Notes: generated by a model not told the origin, from the letters alone. DNA of 64,000 nt from Leptolyngbyaceae cyanobacterium (GCA_965263355.1 CBDHHL010000056.1:1632001-1696000), one strand, 5' to 3'; counted from the stretch's first letter, positions 19,342 through 29,937 are shown. Translations and numbers: made by a program.

Positions 19342-19380
19342 AAATGATTACAGTCATTATTAGGGTTGTACAATTTGACT

Positions 19381-19414
19381 AAAAAAAGCGCCTCAACTTA
19401 AAGTCAAGGCGCTT
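19381..19414 (-). terminator. rplU-rpmA terminator
   Basis: AAGCGCCT...AGGCGCTT stem followed by a T run on the minus strand. Confidence 0.8.
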
Positions 19415-19469
19415 CTTAAAGATCGATATTTAGTAACTCTTCAAAAGAGCAGATAGTTTAATTTATATC

Positions 19470-19730
19470 CTAAGCATTCGCAGGATAAACACTCACCTTT
19501 TTACGACTCTTACCCTTGCGTTCAAAAGTGACTACACCATCTATGAGCGCAAACAAAGTATCATCACCACCGCGCCCCACATTCTCACCAGGATGAACTT
19601 TGGTGCCACGCTGACGAAGAATAATATTGCCTGCGGTCACTGCTTGACCACCATACTTCTTGACACCTAAACGTTTAGCATTTGAGTCGCGGCCATTTCG
19701 CGTACTACCTGTACCTTTCTTGTGAGCCAT
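19470..19730 (-). CDS. rpmA: 50S ribosomal protein L27
   Basis: [24 protein letters not shown]. Confidence 0.99.
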   Translation of the reverse strand: MAHKKGTGSTRNGRDSNAKRLGVKKYGGQAVTAGNIILRQRGTKVHPGENVGRGGDDTLFALIDGVVTFERKGKSRKKVSVYPANA

Positions 19731-19779
19731 TACTTAAATCTCCGTACTTGCCTAATTATAAACTGCCTAAAATAGCACT

Positions 19780-20145
19780 CTATTCTTCTTCGCTAGCTGC
19801 AGGGCTATCATCTGCAGTAATCGTTTTGCCACCAATATTGATCGAGTCAATCATTAGACGGGTCAGTTCTTGACGATGGCCACGCTTTTTACGGGTTTTC
19901 TTCTTCGGCTTCATCTTGTAGACGATCACCTTTTTACCCCGTAGGTGGCTGACCACGGTACCGCTGACACTAGCTCCATCGACCAGGGGCTGACCAATGC
20001 TAGTTTCACCATCATCATTAACGAGTAAAACCTTGTCTATGGTAATACTGGTATCTTCATCAACTGCCAGACGGTTAATATCGTAAAAGCGACCAGGCTC
20101 CACGCGTAGCTGAGTGCCACTCGCTTCAATAATTGCGTATGCCAT
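19780..20145 (-). CDS. rplU: 50S ribosomal protein L21
   Basis: [18 protein letters not shown]...[15 protein letters not shown], upstream of rpmA. Confidence 0.98.
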   Translation of the reverse strand: MAYAIIEASGTQLRVEPGRFYDINRLAVDEDTSITIDKVLLVNDDGETSIGQPLVDGASVSGTVVSHLRGKKVIVYKMKPKKKTRKKRGHRQELTRLMIDSINIGGKTITADDSPAASEEE

Positions 20146-20395
20146 TGTTTCTCCCTTGCCGTACAGGTAGCAATAATTGCTTCAAACCTGATCCGAGCAG
20201 ATTTTTGCACAGACTCTAATAATGGTTAATTGAGGTAGCTGCTGTCAAGGGGAAATTTGAGGCAGTGACTGTTCCTGAAACTGTTTACAGTTTTTGACAT
20301 ACGGCTCTGGAGAAGATTTCGTCCTGATTGCCTGTGGGGCAAGCGTTTTAAGTATGTAACTTCTTCTGTTCCCCATAGGCAAGGAAATCGGTTAC

Positions 20396-21409
20396 ATGTC
20401 AGACCTATTGATGTTGATGGCGCAGTTGACTGCTGCAGAACCTCTTAGCGGTCCAACTCCGGATGCTGACATTGCACCAATGGCAAAAGCAGCTGTCGAT
20501 GCAGCCAGTCAAATTGAACCATCACTGCCTCAACCAACAGTGCAAGGCGATATGGCTCTGGCACCTGAATTTTCACGGGAGATCGCCGCTCGACGTCAGC
20601 AAAAACTGTTACACCTCCAGCAAACTGCCCGTCGCCCTGAACCGACAGCATTTGCAACCACCCCTCGGGCCTTGGCGGTAGCTCGCCGTCAGGTGACTGT
20701 CACTACAGGCCCTAAACCAGTTAGTGGCCCACAGCTGTTTAAACAACGTTGGGCAGCCCTCCAAGCAGGATCACTGTATACCCGCATATCTCCTGATAGT
20801 TTTCATAGTCAATGGTCTAAAGCCACGTACCAACCCACCTACGATGAGTGGAAAGGATTGTTAAAACAGGAAGCAAATGCGATCGCAGCCGGCCAGGGCA
20901 GCAATCGACTCACCGTTGTCATTGGCGACTCCCTCAGCATGTGGTTGCCGCCAGAGTTATTGCCCCATGATCGATTCTGGCTTAACCAGGGCATTTCCGG
21001 TGATACCACTGGCGGTATCTTGAAGCGACTGAACGCTTTCGCTAACACAAACCCTGACACCATTCATCTAATGGCCGGTGTCAACGACCTCAAAAACGGA
21101 GCCAGCGATCATGAAATTTTGACTAACCTCAATCGGATCATGGCACAGCTACGGCAACAGCATCCCCATGCTCGTGTGGTCGTACATTCCATACTGCCTA
21201 CCCGTTGGGAAAATATTCCTAGCCATCGGGTCCGTTCCCTCAACACCCGCATCGCCCAGCTAACCGATTACCATCAGTTAGATTACCTAGACCTGCATCC
21301 TAGTTTTAGTAACCATACCGGTAATCTGCGCCAAGAACTGACCACTGATGGGTTGCATCTTAACCAGTTAGGCTATCAAGTCTGGCAGCTAGCACTATTA
21401 GCGGTATAA
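20396..21409 (+). CDS. SGNH/GDSL hydrolase
   Basis: GDSLS, NQGISGDTT, GVND and DGLH blocks. Confidence 0.9.
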   Translation: MSDLLMLMAQLTAAEPLSGPTPDADIAPMAKAAVDAASQIEPSLPQPTVQGDMALAPEFSREIAARRQQKLLHLQQTARRPEPTAFATTPRALAVARRQVTVTTGPKPVSGPQLFKQRWAALQAGSLYTRISPDSFHSQWSKATYQPTYDEWKGLLKQEANAIAAGQGSNRLTVVIGDSLSMWLPPELLPHDRFWLNQGISGDTTGGILKRLNAFANTNPDTIHLMAGVNDLKNGASDHEILTNLNRIMAQLRQQHPHARVVVHSILPTRWENIPSHRVRSLNTRIAQLTDYHQLDYLDLHPSFSNHTGNLRQELTTDGLHLNQLGYQVWQLALLAV

Positions 21410-21545
21410 ATGTGGACCTACGTATAACAAAATGTACGAATAAACTACGACCAAAGTAAGACAAGGTCATGAACGGTGCTTCCCAACTGACCAATCCGCC
21501 CCGTAGAATATAGGGCCAAGGTCATATTCACTAGTAAGTGCCCAC

Positions 21546-22358
21546 ATGAAAACCTATCTGGCTGCAGCGTTGCAGATGACCAGCGTACCTGACTTGGAGA
21601 AAAATCTCACCCAGGCCGAGGAGCTGATTGACCTCGCCGTTCGTCGTGGAGCTGAGTATATTACGCTACCTGAGAATTTTTCCTTTCTTGGGGATGAAGC
21701 GAGCAAATTAGCCCAGGCGACTGAGATTTGCACCGCCAGTGAACAATTTCTCAAAACCATGGCCCAACGCTATCAGGTCACGCTTTTGGGTGGCGGTTAT
21801 CCGGTGCCTACGGACGATAATCGAGTGTACAACACAGCATTGTTAGTTGAACCCAACGGTAATGTGTTGCTGCGCTATGAAAAGGTTCATTTATTTGATG
21901 TCAATTTACCCGATGGCAATACCTACCAAGAGTCGGCCACCGTTACCTCAGGGCAACAGTTACCATCGATATGTAAGACTCCCAACCTAGGCATTCTGGG
22001 GATTTCTGTTTGCTACGATGTGCGTTTCCCAGAGCTATATCGGCATCTATCCCAGCTAGGTGCAGAAGTTATCACAGTCCCTGCCGCCTTTACGGCCTAC
22101 ACTGGCAAGGACCATTGGCAGGTTTTGCTCCAGGCAAGGGCAATTGAAAACACATGTTATGTCATTGCTCCCGCCCAGACTGGGTTTCATAACAACATTC
22201 GTCAATCCCATGGCCACGCCATGGTTGTTGATCCCTGGGGTATTGTGCTGGCAGATGCTGGGCAAGATGTAGGGATGGCCATTGCTGAAATTACCCCATC
22301 ACGATTGGGGCAAGTCCGCCAGCAAATGCCATCCCTAAACCATCGGGTATTTGTATAA
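21546..22358 (+). CDS. Carbon-nitrogen hydrolase (Nit1-like, probable deaminated glutathione amidase)
   Basis: E-K-C triad: LPENF, YEKVHLFDV, SVCYDVRFPE. Also QARAIEN. Confidence 0.9.
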   Translation: MKTYLAAALQMTSVPDLEKNLTQAEELIDLAVRRGAEYITLPENFSFLGDEASKLAQATEICTASEQFLKTMAQRYQVTLLGGGYPVPTDDNRVYNTALLVEPNGNVLLRYEKVHLFDVNLPDGNTYQESATVTSGQQLPSICKTPNLGILGISVCYDVRFPELYRHLSQLGAEVITVPAAFTAYTGKDHWQVLLQARAIENTCYVIAPAQTGFHNNIRQSHGHAMVVDPWGIVLADAGQDVGMAIAEITPSRLGQVRQQMPSLNHRVFV

Positions 22359-22447
22359 ACCGTATCCACCCTCCAAGACAGTCGTTTTTCTGATGAAGAA
22401 TCTACGGGGTTCAACTGGGCTTGGCCTAGACCATCTGAATTGGATAA

Positions 22448-22611
22448 CTAGTGCAGTGTCAACGCTAAAAATTTACGATTCTGCACTGATGAAGAGTACT
22501 AGCGTCAGCCATGCCCGTAGGGCTATTAGGGTAAAGCGTCACTCTTCATCCCGTTTGATTCTTCACTCTTTACTAGCCTCATCCTAAATCTCAGGCTTGA
22601 CAGACCACTAG
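22448..22611. mobile_element. MITE, copy 1 (~164 bp, CTAG ends)
   Basis: Imperfect terminal inverted repeats CTAGTGCAGTGTCAACGCT / AGGCTTGACAGACCACTAG. Homologous over its full length to 39759-39920. Confidence 0.75.
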
Positions 22612-22737
22612 CTTCAAAAACGGTGCTAAAAGTGTAATTTTTTTCCTAAAAAAAGGAATGAACCTGCTCGGAATGAGCCAATAGCATCGAGCTAACTCAT
22701 GTAGAGTAAACAGGATACGTCAATTTCTACGGTTCGT

Positions 22738-24150
22738 ATGATCGATATAACCGGCATGCCATCAGGCATATGGAGCAATACGTTTTTATTAGCTGAAGTA
22801 AATGAAGCTGAACTAGGGCCGTTTATTTTAGCCAGCGTGCTGCTTAGTTTAGTTGTTATTTACTTAGCCGCCAAAATCGGTGGTGAGCTTTGTGCTCGGG
22901 TAAATTTGCCATCTGTCCTAGGAGAACTGGTAGGAGGTGTGGTTGTAGGCGTGTCAGCCCTTAACTTGGTCGTTTTTCCCGAGGGAGCTGAGCCCGTCCA
23001 TTCAGTCTTAATGGACTTTGTTCAACTGACTTCTAATTTAGACGCAGATGCACTGCTGGCGATCTTCACGAGCCAGAGTGAAGTCATTTCTGTTTTAGCT
23101 GAAATTGGCGTTGTTATTCTCCTATTTGAAATCGGCTTAGAGTCTGACCTGAAAGAACTGATTCGAGTTGGACCCCAGGCAGCTATTGTGGCCATTGTTG
23201 GTGTGGTTGTACCTTTTGTAACAGGTACTGTCGGGCTGATTGCTATCTTCAATGTAGCCACCATCCCTGCCGTGTTTGCTGGTGCTGCGCTAACAGCAAC
23301 TAGTATCGGGATTACGGCTAAGGTGCTAGCCGAGTTACAAACCCTAAGTTCACGGGAAGGACAGATTATTATTGGGGCAGCTGTGCTCGATGATGTCTTA
23401 GGCATTATTGTTTTAGCAGTTGTAGCCAGTCTGGCTAAAACAGGTGAAATCGAGATCGCCAACGTTATTTTTCTGATTATTGGTGCTGCTGTATTTTTAG
23501 TCGGCTCGATTTTGATTGGGCGATTGCTCAGCCCTCTGTTTGTCAGCCTGGTAGATAACATGCAAACCCGTGGCCAGGTATTAATTAGTTCCCTGGTATT
23601 TGCATTCGTGCTGTCTTACATTGCTGCAGCCATTCAGCTGGAGGCCATTTTAGGCGCGTTTGCCGCCGGGCTGATTTTGGCTGAAACCACTAAACGTAAA
23701 GAGCTAGAAGAACAAATCAGTCCAATTGCTGACATGCTAGTGCCAGTCTTTTTCGTCACCGTGGGTGCCCATACAGATATCGGCGTGCTTAACCCCCTTA
23801 ACCCAGCTAACCGTGAAGGGTTGATTATTGCGTCATTTTTAGTGGTGGTTGCCATCATTGGTAAAGTTGTCACTGGATTTACCGTTTTTGGCCAAGATGG
23901 CATAAACCGTCTGGCCATTGGTGTTGGCATGATTCCTCGAGGCGAAGTTGGCCTGGTTTTTGCGGGGGTAGGTGCAGCTAGCGGCGTCCTGTCGGAATCC
24001 TTAGATGCAGCCATTATTGTTATGGTTATCTTCACAACATTTATAGCGCCACCCTTGCTGCGGATTGTCTTTGATAGTGATGATGATGATCCAAATTGTC
24101 TGACGGATACAGAGACTCCTCAGGTAATGGCAGAGGCGACTACAGACTGA
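22738..24150 (+). CDS. nhaS3: Na+/H+ antiporter, CPA2 family (NhaS3-like)
   Basis: LLFEIGLESD, ATSIGIT, GAAVLDDVLG, GMIPRGEVGL. Many transmembrane helices. Confidence 0.88.
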   Translation: MIDITGMPSGIWSNTFLLAEVNEAELGPFILASVLLSLVVIYLAAKIGGELCARVNLPSVLGELVGGVVVGVSALNLVVFPEGAEPVHSVLMDFVQLTSNLDADALLAIFTSQSEVISVLAEIGVVILLFEIGLESDLKELIRVGPQAAIVAIVGVVVPFVTGTVGLIAIFNVATIPAVFAGAALTATSIGITAKVLAELQTLSSREGQIIIGAAVLDDVLGIIVLAVVASLAKTGEIEIANVIFLIIGAAVFLVGSILIGRLLSPLFVSLVDNMQTRGQVLISSLVFAFVLSYIAAAIQLEAILGAFAAGLILAETTKRKELEEQISPIADMLVPVFFVTVGAHTDIGVLNPLNPANREGLIIASFLVVVAIIGKVVTGFTVFGQDGINRLAIGVGMIPRGEVGLVFAGVGAASGVLSESLDAAIIVMVIFTTFIAPPLLRIVFDSDDDDPNCLTDTETPQVMAEATTD

Positions 24151-24719
24151 CGTTTTCTAAATTAACAGGCAACCCAGTAGGCCTTGATCCAACCTTGGGC
24201 AGAATCACTTTGATTAATCAAACAGCTTGAGCATTATCGCTGATGTTCATAGGGAATTTTACAAATTAACGTTGGTGCTATCTAAGCCAATGTTTCCATA
24301 GCGTAAGCGTTGGCTGCTGTTTGGGTTTAGGATATTGATTAATTTTTAAAGACAAGCCATTCTGATCCGAAAACCTCATTGGTAGCATCTGGTATCCCTA
24401 GGCTGACAAAAGTCACAGCTCCCAGGAGATCACCTGGCTTAATTCGGGTTCACTAAAATCGAATTTGGCATGAACTGTAAAAAGCAGCTGGGTTTAGCTA
24501 TCATGCGAGCCAATTGGAGTGTCCTGCTGCAGATGCCTTTGGCCATAGCCTACGTCTAAGGCCTTCTGCTGATTGGGTTTGATAACTATGTAGACTTTGT
24601 AAGCCAAAATTCGAAGTTACGTCTTTTAGCTTAAAAGTCTTGTATAAAACTAAAATCTGTCAAAGATCCAACTAAACTCTAAGCAGCGTAAAATACCTAA
24701 TCTAGTAAGCGTCCTTCCC

Positions 24720-25565
24720 ATGGTAAAAATCCTTCGTATGCCCATCCAAACTGGTAAAATTGGTGTTTTTGATAGCGGTGTTGGAGGATTGACAGTATTA
24801 CGGGAGATTATGGCCCATCTCCCTGCCGAATCTTTGCTTTACTTTGGCGATACTGCTCGAGTGCCCTATGGCAATCGCTCTCAAGCAGAACTATTGAGGT
24901 TTGTGCGAGAAATTATCACTTGGATGCAGGGTCAAGGCGTCAAAATGGTGGTGATGGCCTGTAATACCAGTTCAGCCCTAGCGTTAGAGACGGTGCAGGC
25001 TGAGTTTGATTTACCTATTCTTGGAATTATTTTGCCGGGAGCACGGGCGGCGGCTAAAGTAGGGCAGCGTATTGGTGTGATTTCTACCGTGGCAACTGCC
25101 AAAAGTGATGCCTACAAGCAGGCTATTTTAGAGGCGTCACCAACGGCTGACGTTTGGCAGGTCGGTTGCCCTAATTTTGTTCCTTTAATTGAGCAAAATC
25201 GTATTGATGATCCTTATACGCGGGCTGTGGCCATAGATTACTTAAAGCCCCTGATGGCAGCTAATATTGATACATTGGTGTATGGCTGCACCCACTATCC
25301 TCATCTCGCGCCGTTAATGGCACAAATTTTGCCGCCCTCGATTAAAGTGGTTAATCCAGCTAAGTCTTTGGTTGCTGCCATGGCTCAGGAGTTGGATGTG
25401 CTGGGTTTACGGAATAATCAAGCAAAGCCAAACATTGATTTTTATGTCAGTGGCGATCCAGACAAGTTTGCTGAGGTTTCTGGGCAGTTGATGGGATTTA
25501 CGCCTCAGGTACAGTCGGTTAGTTTGGCAGTGTTGGAGGGACTTGCGATCGCACAGTCTGTCTAG
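24720..25565 (+). CDS. murI: Glutamate racemase
   Basis: FDSGVGGLTV, ACNTS, GCTHYP. Start may be at 24738. Confidence 0.97.
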   Translation: MVKILRMPIQTGKIGVFDSGVGGLTVLREIMAHLPAESLLYFGDTARVPYGNRSQAELLRFVREIITWMQGQGVKMVVMACNTSSALALETVQAEFDLPILGIILPGARAAAKVGQRIGVISTVATAKSDAYKQAILEASPTADVWQVGCPNFVPLIEQNRIDDPYTRAVAIDYLKPLMAANIDTLVYGCTHYPHLAPLMAQILPPSIKVVNPAKSLVAAMAQELDVLGLRNNQAKPNIDFYVSGDPDKFAEVSGQLMGFTPQVQSVSLAVLEGLAIAQSV

Positions 25566-25623
25566 CAGGTATCCATCTAGCAGACCAGCGACATGCTTCA
25601 ATAACGATATTGTCATATCAAAA

Positions 25624-25655
25624 GGAAAAGGGTGCATCAATGATGCACCCTTTCC
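25624..25655. terminator. Probable bidirectional terminator between convergent genes
   Basis: GGAAAAGGGTGCATCA-A-TGATGCACCCTTTCC inverted repeat. Confidence 0.8.
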
Positions 25656-25687
25656 ACTTAAATAAGCGAGTTGGTTTAACCTATGGC

Positions 25688-26641
25688 CTAGCTAGCCAAT
25701 ACGGCTAAGACCTTATCGTGGATTTCACCATTGCTGACCACCACACCCTCGGTATCCACAAAGCGGGGCTCTTTGGAAAAGTCCAAGGTTTTTCCATGCA
25801 TATCAGTGACTTTACCACCAGCTTCCTCAATCACCAGGACACCAGCGGCATGGTCCCAGATCTTTTCACGATAGCCAGGGTACTTAGGAGAGGGTAAGCG
25901 CAAGTAAAGGACTGCATTGCCAGAGGCAACGGTACCATACTTGGCCTGACTATCCATGCGAATGGCCTCAGTGGTAATGCCAGCGGCCTGGGCGATGCGA
26001 GCATGGAGTTCTTGATCACTGTGGGCCACACTTTCCACAAAGCGGAAGTTGGTGGTATCCGAGGAAGACGTGACGGAAATTTTCTCAGGATTGCTGCCAT
26101 CCATATCCATCATCATGGCCCCTTCCCCACGGACAGCAACAAACAAGATGCCAGACCGACCATTTAGCTCCAGGGCTGGACACCCTAAAACACCAACCTT
26201 TAGATCACCATCTTCTACCAGGGCCAGGGCAACTGCATACTGGTCACCCCGCAAAAAACCTTTAGTGCCATCAATGGGATCTAGAGTCCAATAGCGGGGG
26301 CTGACATCACCATTACCTTGGTCGATCCAGCCAGGAATCTGTTCATCGGTAGCATCAGGTAGAACAGCCTTGACATAGTTAGTCACCTGAGCTAGCCGAG
26401 TCACCATCTCTGGAGTTCTTAAATCATCAGCATCTTCCTCGCCAACGATAGGATCACTAGGGAAAGCCTCCTTCAGCATTTTGCACACGATTGCCTGGGC
26501 CCCAAAATCAGCAACAGTGACCGGACTCTTATCGGATTTCTCAATTGCTTCAGGCACCATCTCGGCCCGTACTTTTTCACATACGGTAGCCGCGGCTTGT
26601 ACAGCTGCGATCGCAATTTCCTTTTCCTTTTCGTAGGCCAT
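25688..26641 (-). CDS. 3'(2'),5'-bisphosphate nucleotidase (HAL2/HalA type)
   Basis: SPVTVADF, GEED, LDPIDGTKGFLRGDQY, DSQAKY, EKIWDHAAG. Confidence 0.93.
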   Translation of the reverse strand: MAYEKEKEIAIAAVQAAATVCEKVRAEMVPEAIEKSDKSPVTVADFGAQAIVCKMLKEAFPSDPIVGEEDADDLRTPEMVTRLAQVTNYVKAVLPDATDEQIPGWIDQGNGDVSPRYWTLDPIDGTKGFLRGDQYAVALALVEDGDLKVGVLGCPALELNGRSGILFVAVRGEGAMMMDMDGSNPEKISVTSSSDTTNFRFVESVAHSDQELHARIAQAAGITTEAIRMDSQAKYGTVASGNAVLYLRLPSPKYPGYREKIWDHAAGVLVIEEAGGKVTDMHGKTLDFSKEPRFVDTEGVVVSNGEIHDKVLAVLAS

Positions 26642-26759
26642 AGTAATAACGATAAAGATTTAATAAAACGTAAGACGATTACCCGTACAGTCTACCGAAC
26701 CATCCTGAGGTTCTCAGTAGAGAATCTATGAATTTATCTAGAAAAATTCATAGTTTTGG

Positions 26760-27608
26760 TTAGCGATACTGGGCCATCCAACTACGGGTACCAAAATGCT
26801 GGCAGCTAACACTAGCCACTCGACTCGCTGCCGCTAGAGCAGCTGGAAAGTCTCCTGTCCAAGCATGGCAAAAGGCCCCATGGAAAATATCCCCTGCGCC
26901 GAGGGTGTCTACGACCTTAGTTGCTGGCACCGCTAGTTCGCTCACATGGCCCTGATCGCTAACTAATATTGGCCGCTCACCATGGGTGATGGCAATGTAA
27001 GGAATTTCTAGGCCTTGCAGGTAACTCAACGCATCTTGACCATTGGGCGGTTGAAAATTTGCCGATGCAATCACCACATTGGCTAACGCCAGTACCTGCT
27101 CAAAGCCAGGTTTCCAACTACCGGCATCCACCACCACAGGAATCCCTAAGGGCTTTAAATCCCTGGCGATCTGCTGCCCAAGAACCATTTGATGGCCATC
27201 CACCAACACGACATCAATGTCCGTCAGAAAATCCGTTAGATTGACAACTTGGGGGTCTACTTGTAAGCCAACCGCGTTCCTCGAAATCACAGCCCGTTCC
27301 CCTGAGGCTTGGGACACCACAATTGAGGAAATCGGGGGTGGGGTCTGCCGTTGAGGGGTTAAATCCTCAATGCTTACTCCCACTTGAGCCATATCTTCTC
27401 GCAGTAGCGTTGTAACGGGATGTTGCCCCACGGCAGCCATCACGGTTGCGCGACCACCCAATGCCGCCAATGCCACTGCTGCATTCGTGGCCGGTCCCCC
27501 TGCTGCCATCATTGCGGTGTCGGCCACCAGTTTTTCATTCGCCTGGGGTGGTCGCTGCGCCTGATAGATGCAGTCAAGGGTCATAAGGCCAACAAATAGT
27601 CCATTCAT
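26760..27608 (-). CDS. PfkB-family carbohydrate kinase
   Basis: AGGPATNAA and DTLGAGDIFHG signatures. Confidence 0.92.
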   Translation of the reverse strand: MNGLFVGLMTLDCIYQAQRPPQANEKLVADTAMMAAGGPATNAAVALAALGGRATVMAAVGQHPVTTLLREDMAQVGVSIEDLTPQRQTPPPISSIVVSQASGERAVISRNAVGLQVDPQVVNLTDFLTDIDVVLVDGHQMVLGQQIARDLKPLGIPVVVDAGSWKPGFEQVLALANVVIASANFQPPNGQDALSYLQGLEIPYIAITHGERPILVSDQGHVSELAVPATKVVDTLGAGDIFHGAFCHAWTGDFPAALAAASRVASVSCQHFGTRSWMAQYR

Positions 27609-27685
27609 GGAAAACGCTAATAAGGGGGCCGAGCAAAGTAGATTTTTAATGGCTTTATACCTCTACTGGATAGAGTGACTAACCC

Positions 27686-28042
27686 TCAGTTGCTCTCAGG
27701 TTTCTCCTGGAGGAATCTTTCTAAACTATCTAAAAGTTTAGGTAACTCATTCTGCGCTATGTTCCACAGAACCTCATGGTCAACATATTCATATCGATGA
27801 GCAATGATATTTCTTAAGGCAACCGTATTACGCCAGTCTATTTCAGGATGTTCCTGCTGAAACTGCCTTGATATTCTTCGGCATGCTTCTCCCAAAATTT
27901 CAAAATTACGTTCGACTACCCGTTGTATCCAAAGCGTTTCTAGGTAAGTACTTTCACAGAAGCCAGCTGTAAACTGCTGTATTTCTCGAATCGCTTCAGT
28001 CATATCCCAGATAGAAGCATAATCTCGCTTATTTTCGCTCAT
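27686..28042 (-). CDS. HepT-like (DUF86) HEPN ribonuclease toxin
   Basis: ERNFEILGEA and R-X4-H motif RNIIAHRY. Overlaps the MNT gene. Confidence 0.9.
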   Translation of the reverse strand: MSENKRDYASIWDMTEAIREIQQFTAGFCESTYLETLWIQRVVERNFEILGEACRRISRQFQQEHPEIDWRNTVALRNIIAHRYEYVDHEVLWNIAQNELPKLLDSLERFLQEKPESN

Positions 28043-28400
28043 ATATAACGCGATTCGTTTTTAAGATCTCTGCACGGCGATAAGGATTTTTAAGCAGGTG
28101 CTTTCGTACTAAATCAACTTTGCGCTTAAAGAGCTTTTCAGAGGTTTCTTGTAGATCTAACCACATGGGCCACGTTAGTTTTTGGTCTGGAGAAAATCTA
28201 ATTAGCAGATCCACATCGCTTGGGTTGTCACCGCCTGGGCGAAAGTCATCTCGTAAGACTGAACCAAATACCCCTAGCTCAACGATGCCAAACTGCTCAC
28301 AGAATTTGACTATTTGGTCGTAGTCCACCTGCAAACGGTCTTTCAGAATATCTAATACTGATTTTTCTAATACTGAGCGTTCGGAATCAGTACCGTCCAT
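28029..28400 (-). CDS. MntA-like minimal nucleotidyltransferase antitoxin
   Basis: FGSVLRDDF...SDVDLL...RKVDLV. Likely ATG at 28400. Confidence 0.9.
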   Translation of the reverse strand: MDGTDSERSVLEKSVLDILKDRLQVDYDQIVKFCEQFGIVELGVFGSVLRDDFRPGGDNPSDVDLLIRFSPDQKLTWPMWLDLQETSEKLFKRKVDLVRKHLLKNPYRRAEILKTNRVIYERK

Positions 28401-28521
28401 GGCAGCTGCGACTCCTTTTTCGTAACAACGGCCTTTTAAGCGATCAGGCTTCACAAAATCGTAAACCTTATCCTATTTCAATTGTATGGTTAGGGCAGAC
28501 TCTCTGTAATTAATATCGATT

Positions 28522-29370
28522 TTGTCTACTGTTGGTACGCTTTACCTGGTTGCCACCCCCATTGGCAACCTTGAGGACATTACGTTTAGGGCTGTTCGCA
28601 TCCTGCAAGACGCAGACCTAATCGCAGCGGAAGATACGCGGCACACGGGAAAGCTACTGCATCATTACCAGATTGCGACACCGCAAATCAGCTATCACGA
28701 GCATAATGCTCAGTCGCGCATACCCCAGCTGATTGAAAAATTACAAGCGGGACAAACGATTGCTTTAGTTAGCGATGCGGGTATGCCTGGGATTTCCGAT
28801 CCGGGGTATGAACTGGTATGTGCCTGTGCTGAAGCAGGGATCATCGTGAGTCCGATTCCGGGACCGGCAGCGGTGGTCAGTGCGATCGCAGCCTCCGCCC
28901 TACCTTCCGATCGATTTACCTTTGAGGGATTTTTACCCGTCAAAGGCAAGGTGCGGACTGAACGGCTGACTCAATTAACTACAGAACCTCGTACCATGGT
29001 GCTCTATGAAAGTCCGCATCGATTACTCAAAACCTTGACTGATATACAAACCTATTTGGGGAGGGAGCGCCGGGTAACTATAGCGCGAGAACTAACCAAA
29101 CGGTATGAGGAATTTTGGCGCGGTACGGTGGCGGAAGCGATTGAATATTTTACGACAACTGAGCCCAGGGGAGAGTTTACGGTTGCGATCGCGGGCTATA
29201 TTGCTCAAACTCAAACTCTCTCTAAAACCGTTCTAATTGAGCAATTAGAGACTCTCATCGCCCAAGGGCTCTCCCCGTCCAAAGCGAGTCGACAGCTTGC
29301 CCAAGACATAGGTCTCTCCAAACGGGAGATTTATCAGCTCAGTCTGACAATGAAACAAGAAGAGGAATAA
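28522..29370 (+). CDS. rsmI: 16S rRNA C1402 2'-O-methyltransferase
   Basis: LYLVATPIGNLEDIT, AAEDTR, SDAGMPGISDPG, YESPHR, ARELTK. Confidence 0.97.
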   Translation: MSTVGTLYLVATPIGNLEDITFRAVRILQDADLIAAEDTRHTGKLLHHYQIATPQISYHEHNAQSRIPQLIEKLQAGQTIALVSDAGMPGISDPGYELVCACAEAGIIVSPIPGPAAVVSAIAASALPSDRFTFEGFLPVKGKVRTERLTQLTTEPRTMVLYESPHRLLKTLTDIQTYLGRERRVTIARELTKRYEEFWRGTVAEAIEYFTTTEPRGEFTVAIAGYIAQTQTLSKTVLIEQLETLIAQGLSPSKASRQLAQDIGLSKREIYQLSLTMKQEEE

Positions 29371-29383
29371 TTGTTGGAATATA

Positions 29384-29417
29384 TTTGTAGGGGCGTTGCA
29401 TGCAACGCCCCTACAAA
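29384..29417. repeat. Perfect 34-bp REP-like palindrome
   Basis: TTTGTAGGGGCGTTGCA|TGCAACGCCCCTACAAA, GTAG-type REP architecture, between convergent genes. Confidence 0.85.
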
Positions 29418-29435
29418 GGACGGATTTCCTGGGTT

Positions 29436-29936
29436 CTATCGTTCTGGCATTGCCAACCACGCTTCCCAACTCAAATCTCGCCCTGGAAACGCCACCGACT
29501 CAAATGGCCATGTATCGCCTAGCCATTGTCTAACAGCGGCTAATAAACGCTCTTCTAGGCCACTAGCTAATTCACTCTGACGGACCCATAACAGGGCATA
29601 GGCATCATACCCTTGACGCTCGGAGGGATAAAAATATACACAGCCCAGACAGCGACTTTCATCCAAACTCATCATAGTGTAAGCAAAGGACGTGCGCCGT
29701 TGAAATTCCTTTTGGTGCCAGCCTAGATCGATTAAGTCTTGCTCTAAGGTCAAACCATCTGGCCAGATGCTAGGCGGCGGAAAAATGCCCTTAAGATGCT
29801 CATCACTAGTGATGACCGCATCAAAGTCTTTCACCACATCATTAACCGTTAGCATACGCAAACGGTACTCTTCGGTTTCAAATACGGCTGGCACATCAAA
29901 ATCTGGCGGCACAAAGGAGGCAGTTAAGAAACCCAC
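29436..29936 (-). CDS. GNAT-family N-acetyltransferase-like protein
   Basis: RimL-like pattern (YRLRMLTVNDV..., FAYTMMS...CLGCVY). Confidence 0.65.
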   Translation of the reverse strand: MGFLTASFVPPDFDVPAVFETEEYRLRMLTVNDVVKDFDAVITSDEHLKGIFPPPSIWPDGLTLEQDLIDLGWHQKEFQRRTSFAYTMMSLDESRCLGCVYFYPSERQGYDAYALLWVRQSELASGLEERLLAAVRQWLGDTWPFESVAFPGRDLSWEAWLAMPER

Positions 29937-29937
29937 G

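Noticed and set aside
22738..27608. Salt-tolerance cluster (nhaS3, HAL2 phosphatase, PfkB kinase)
   Set aside because: Mixed orientations, murI in between and no shared motif seen. Probably incidental neighbours.
28401..28454. N-terminal extensions in the ORF track (MNT, also epimerase 35565, J-protein 31270, 11456, 52891, 58003)
   Set aside because: Downstream ATGs fit the family N-termini or ribosome-binding sites better.
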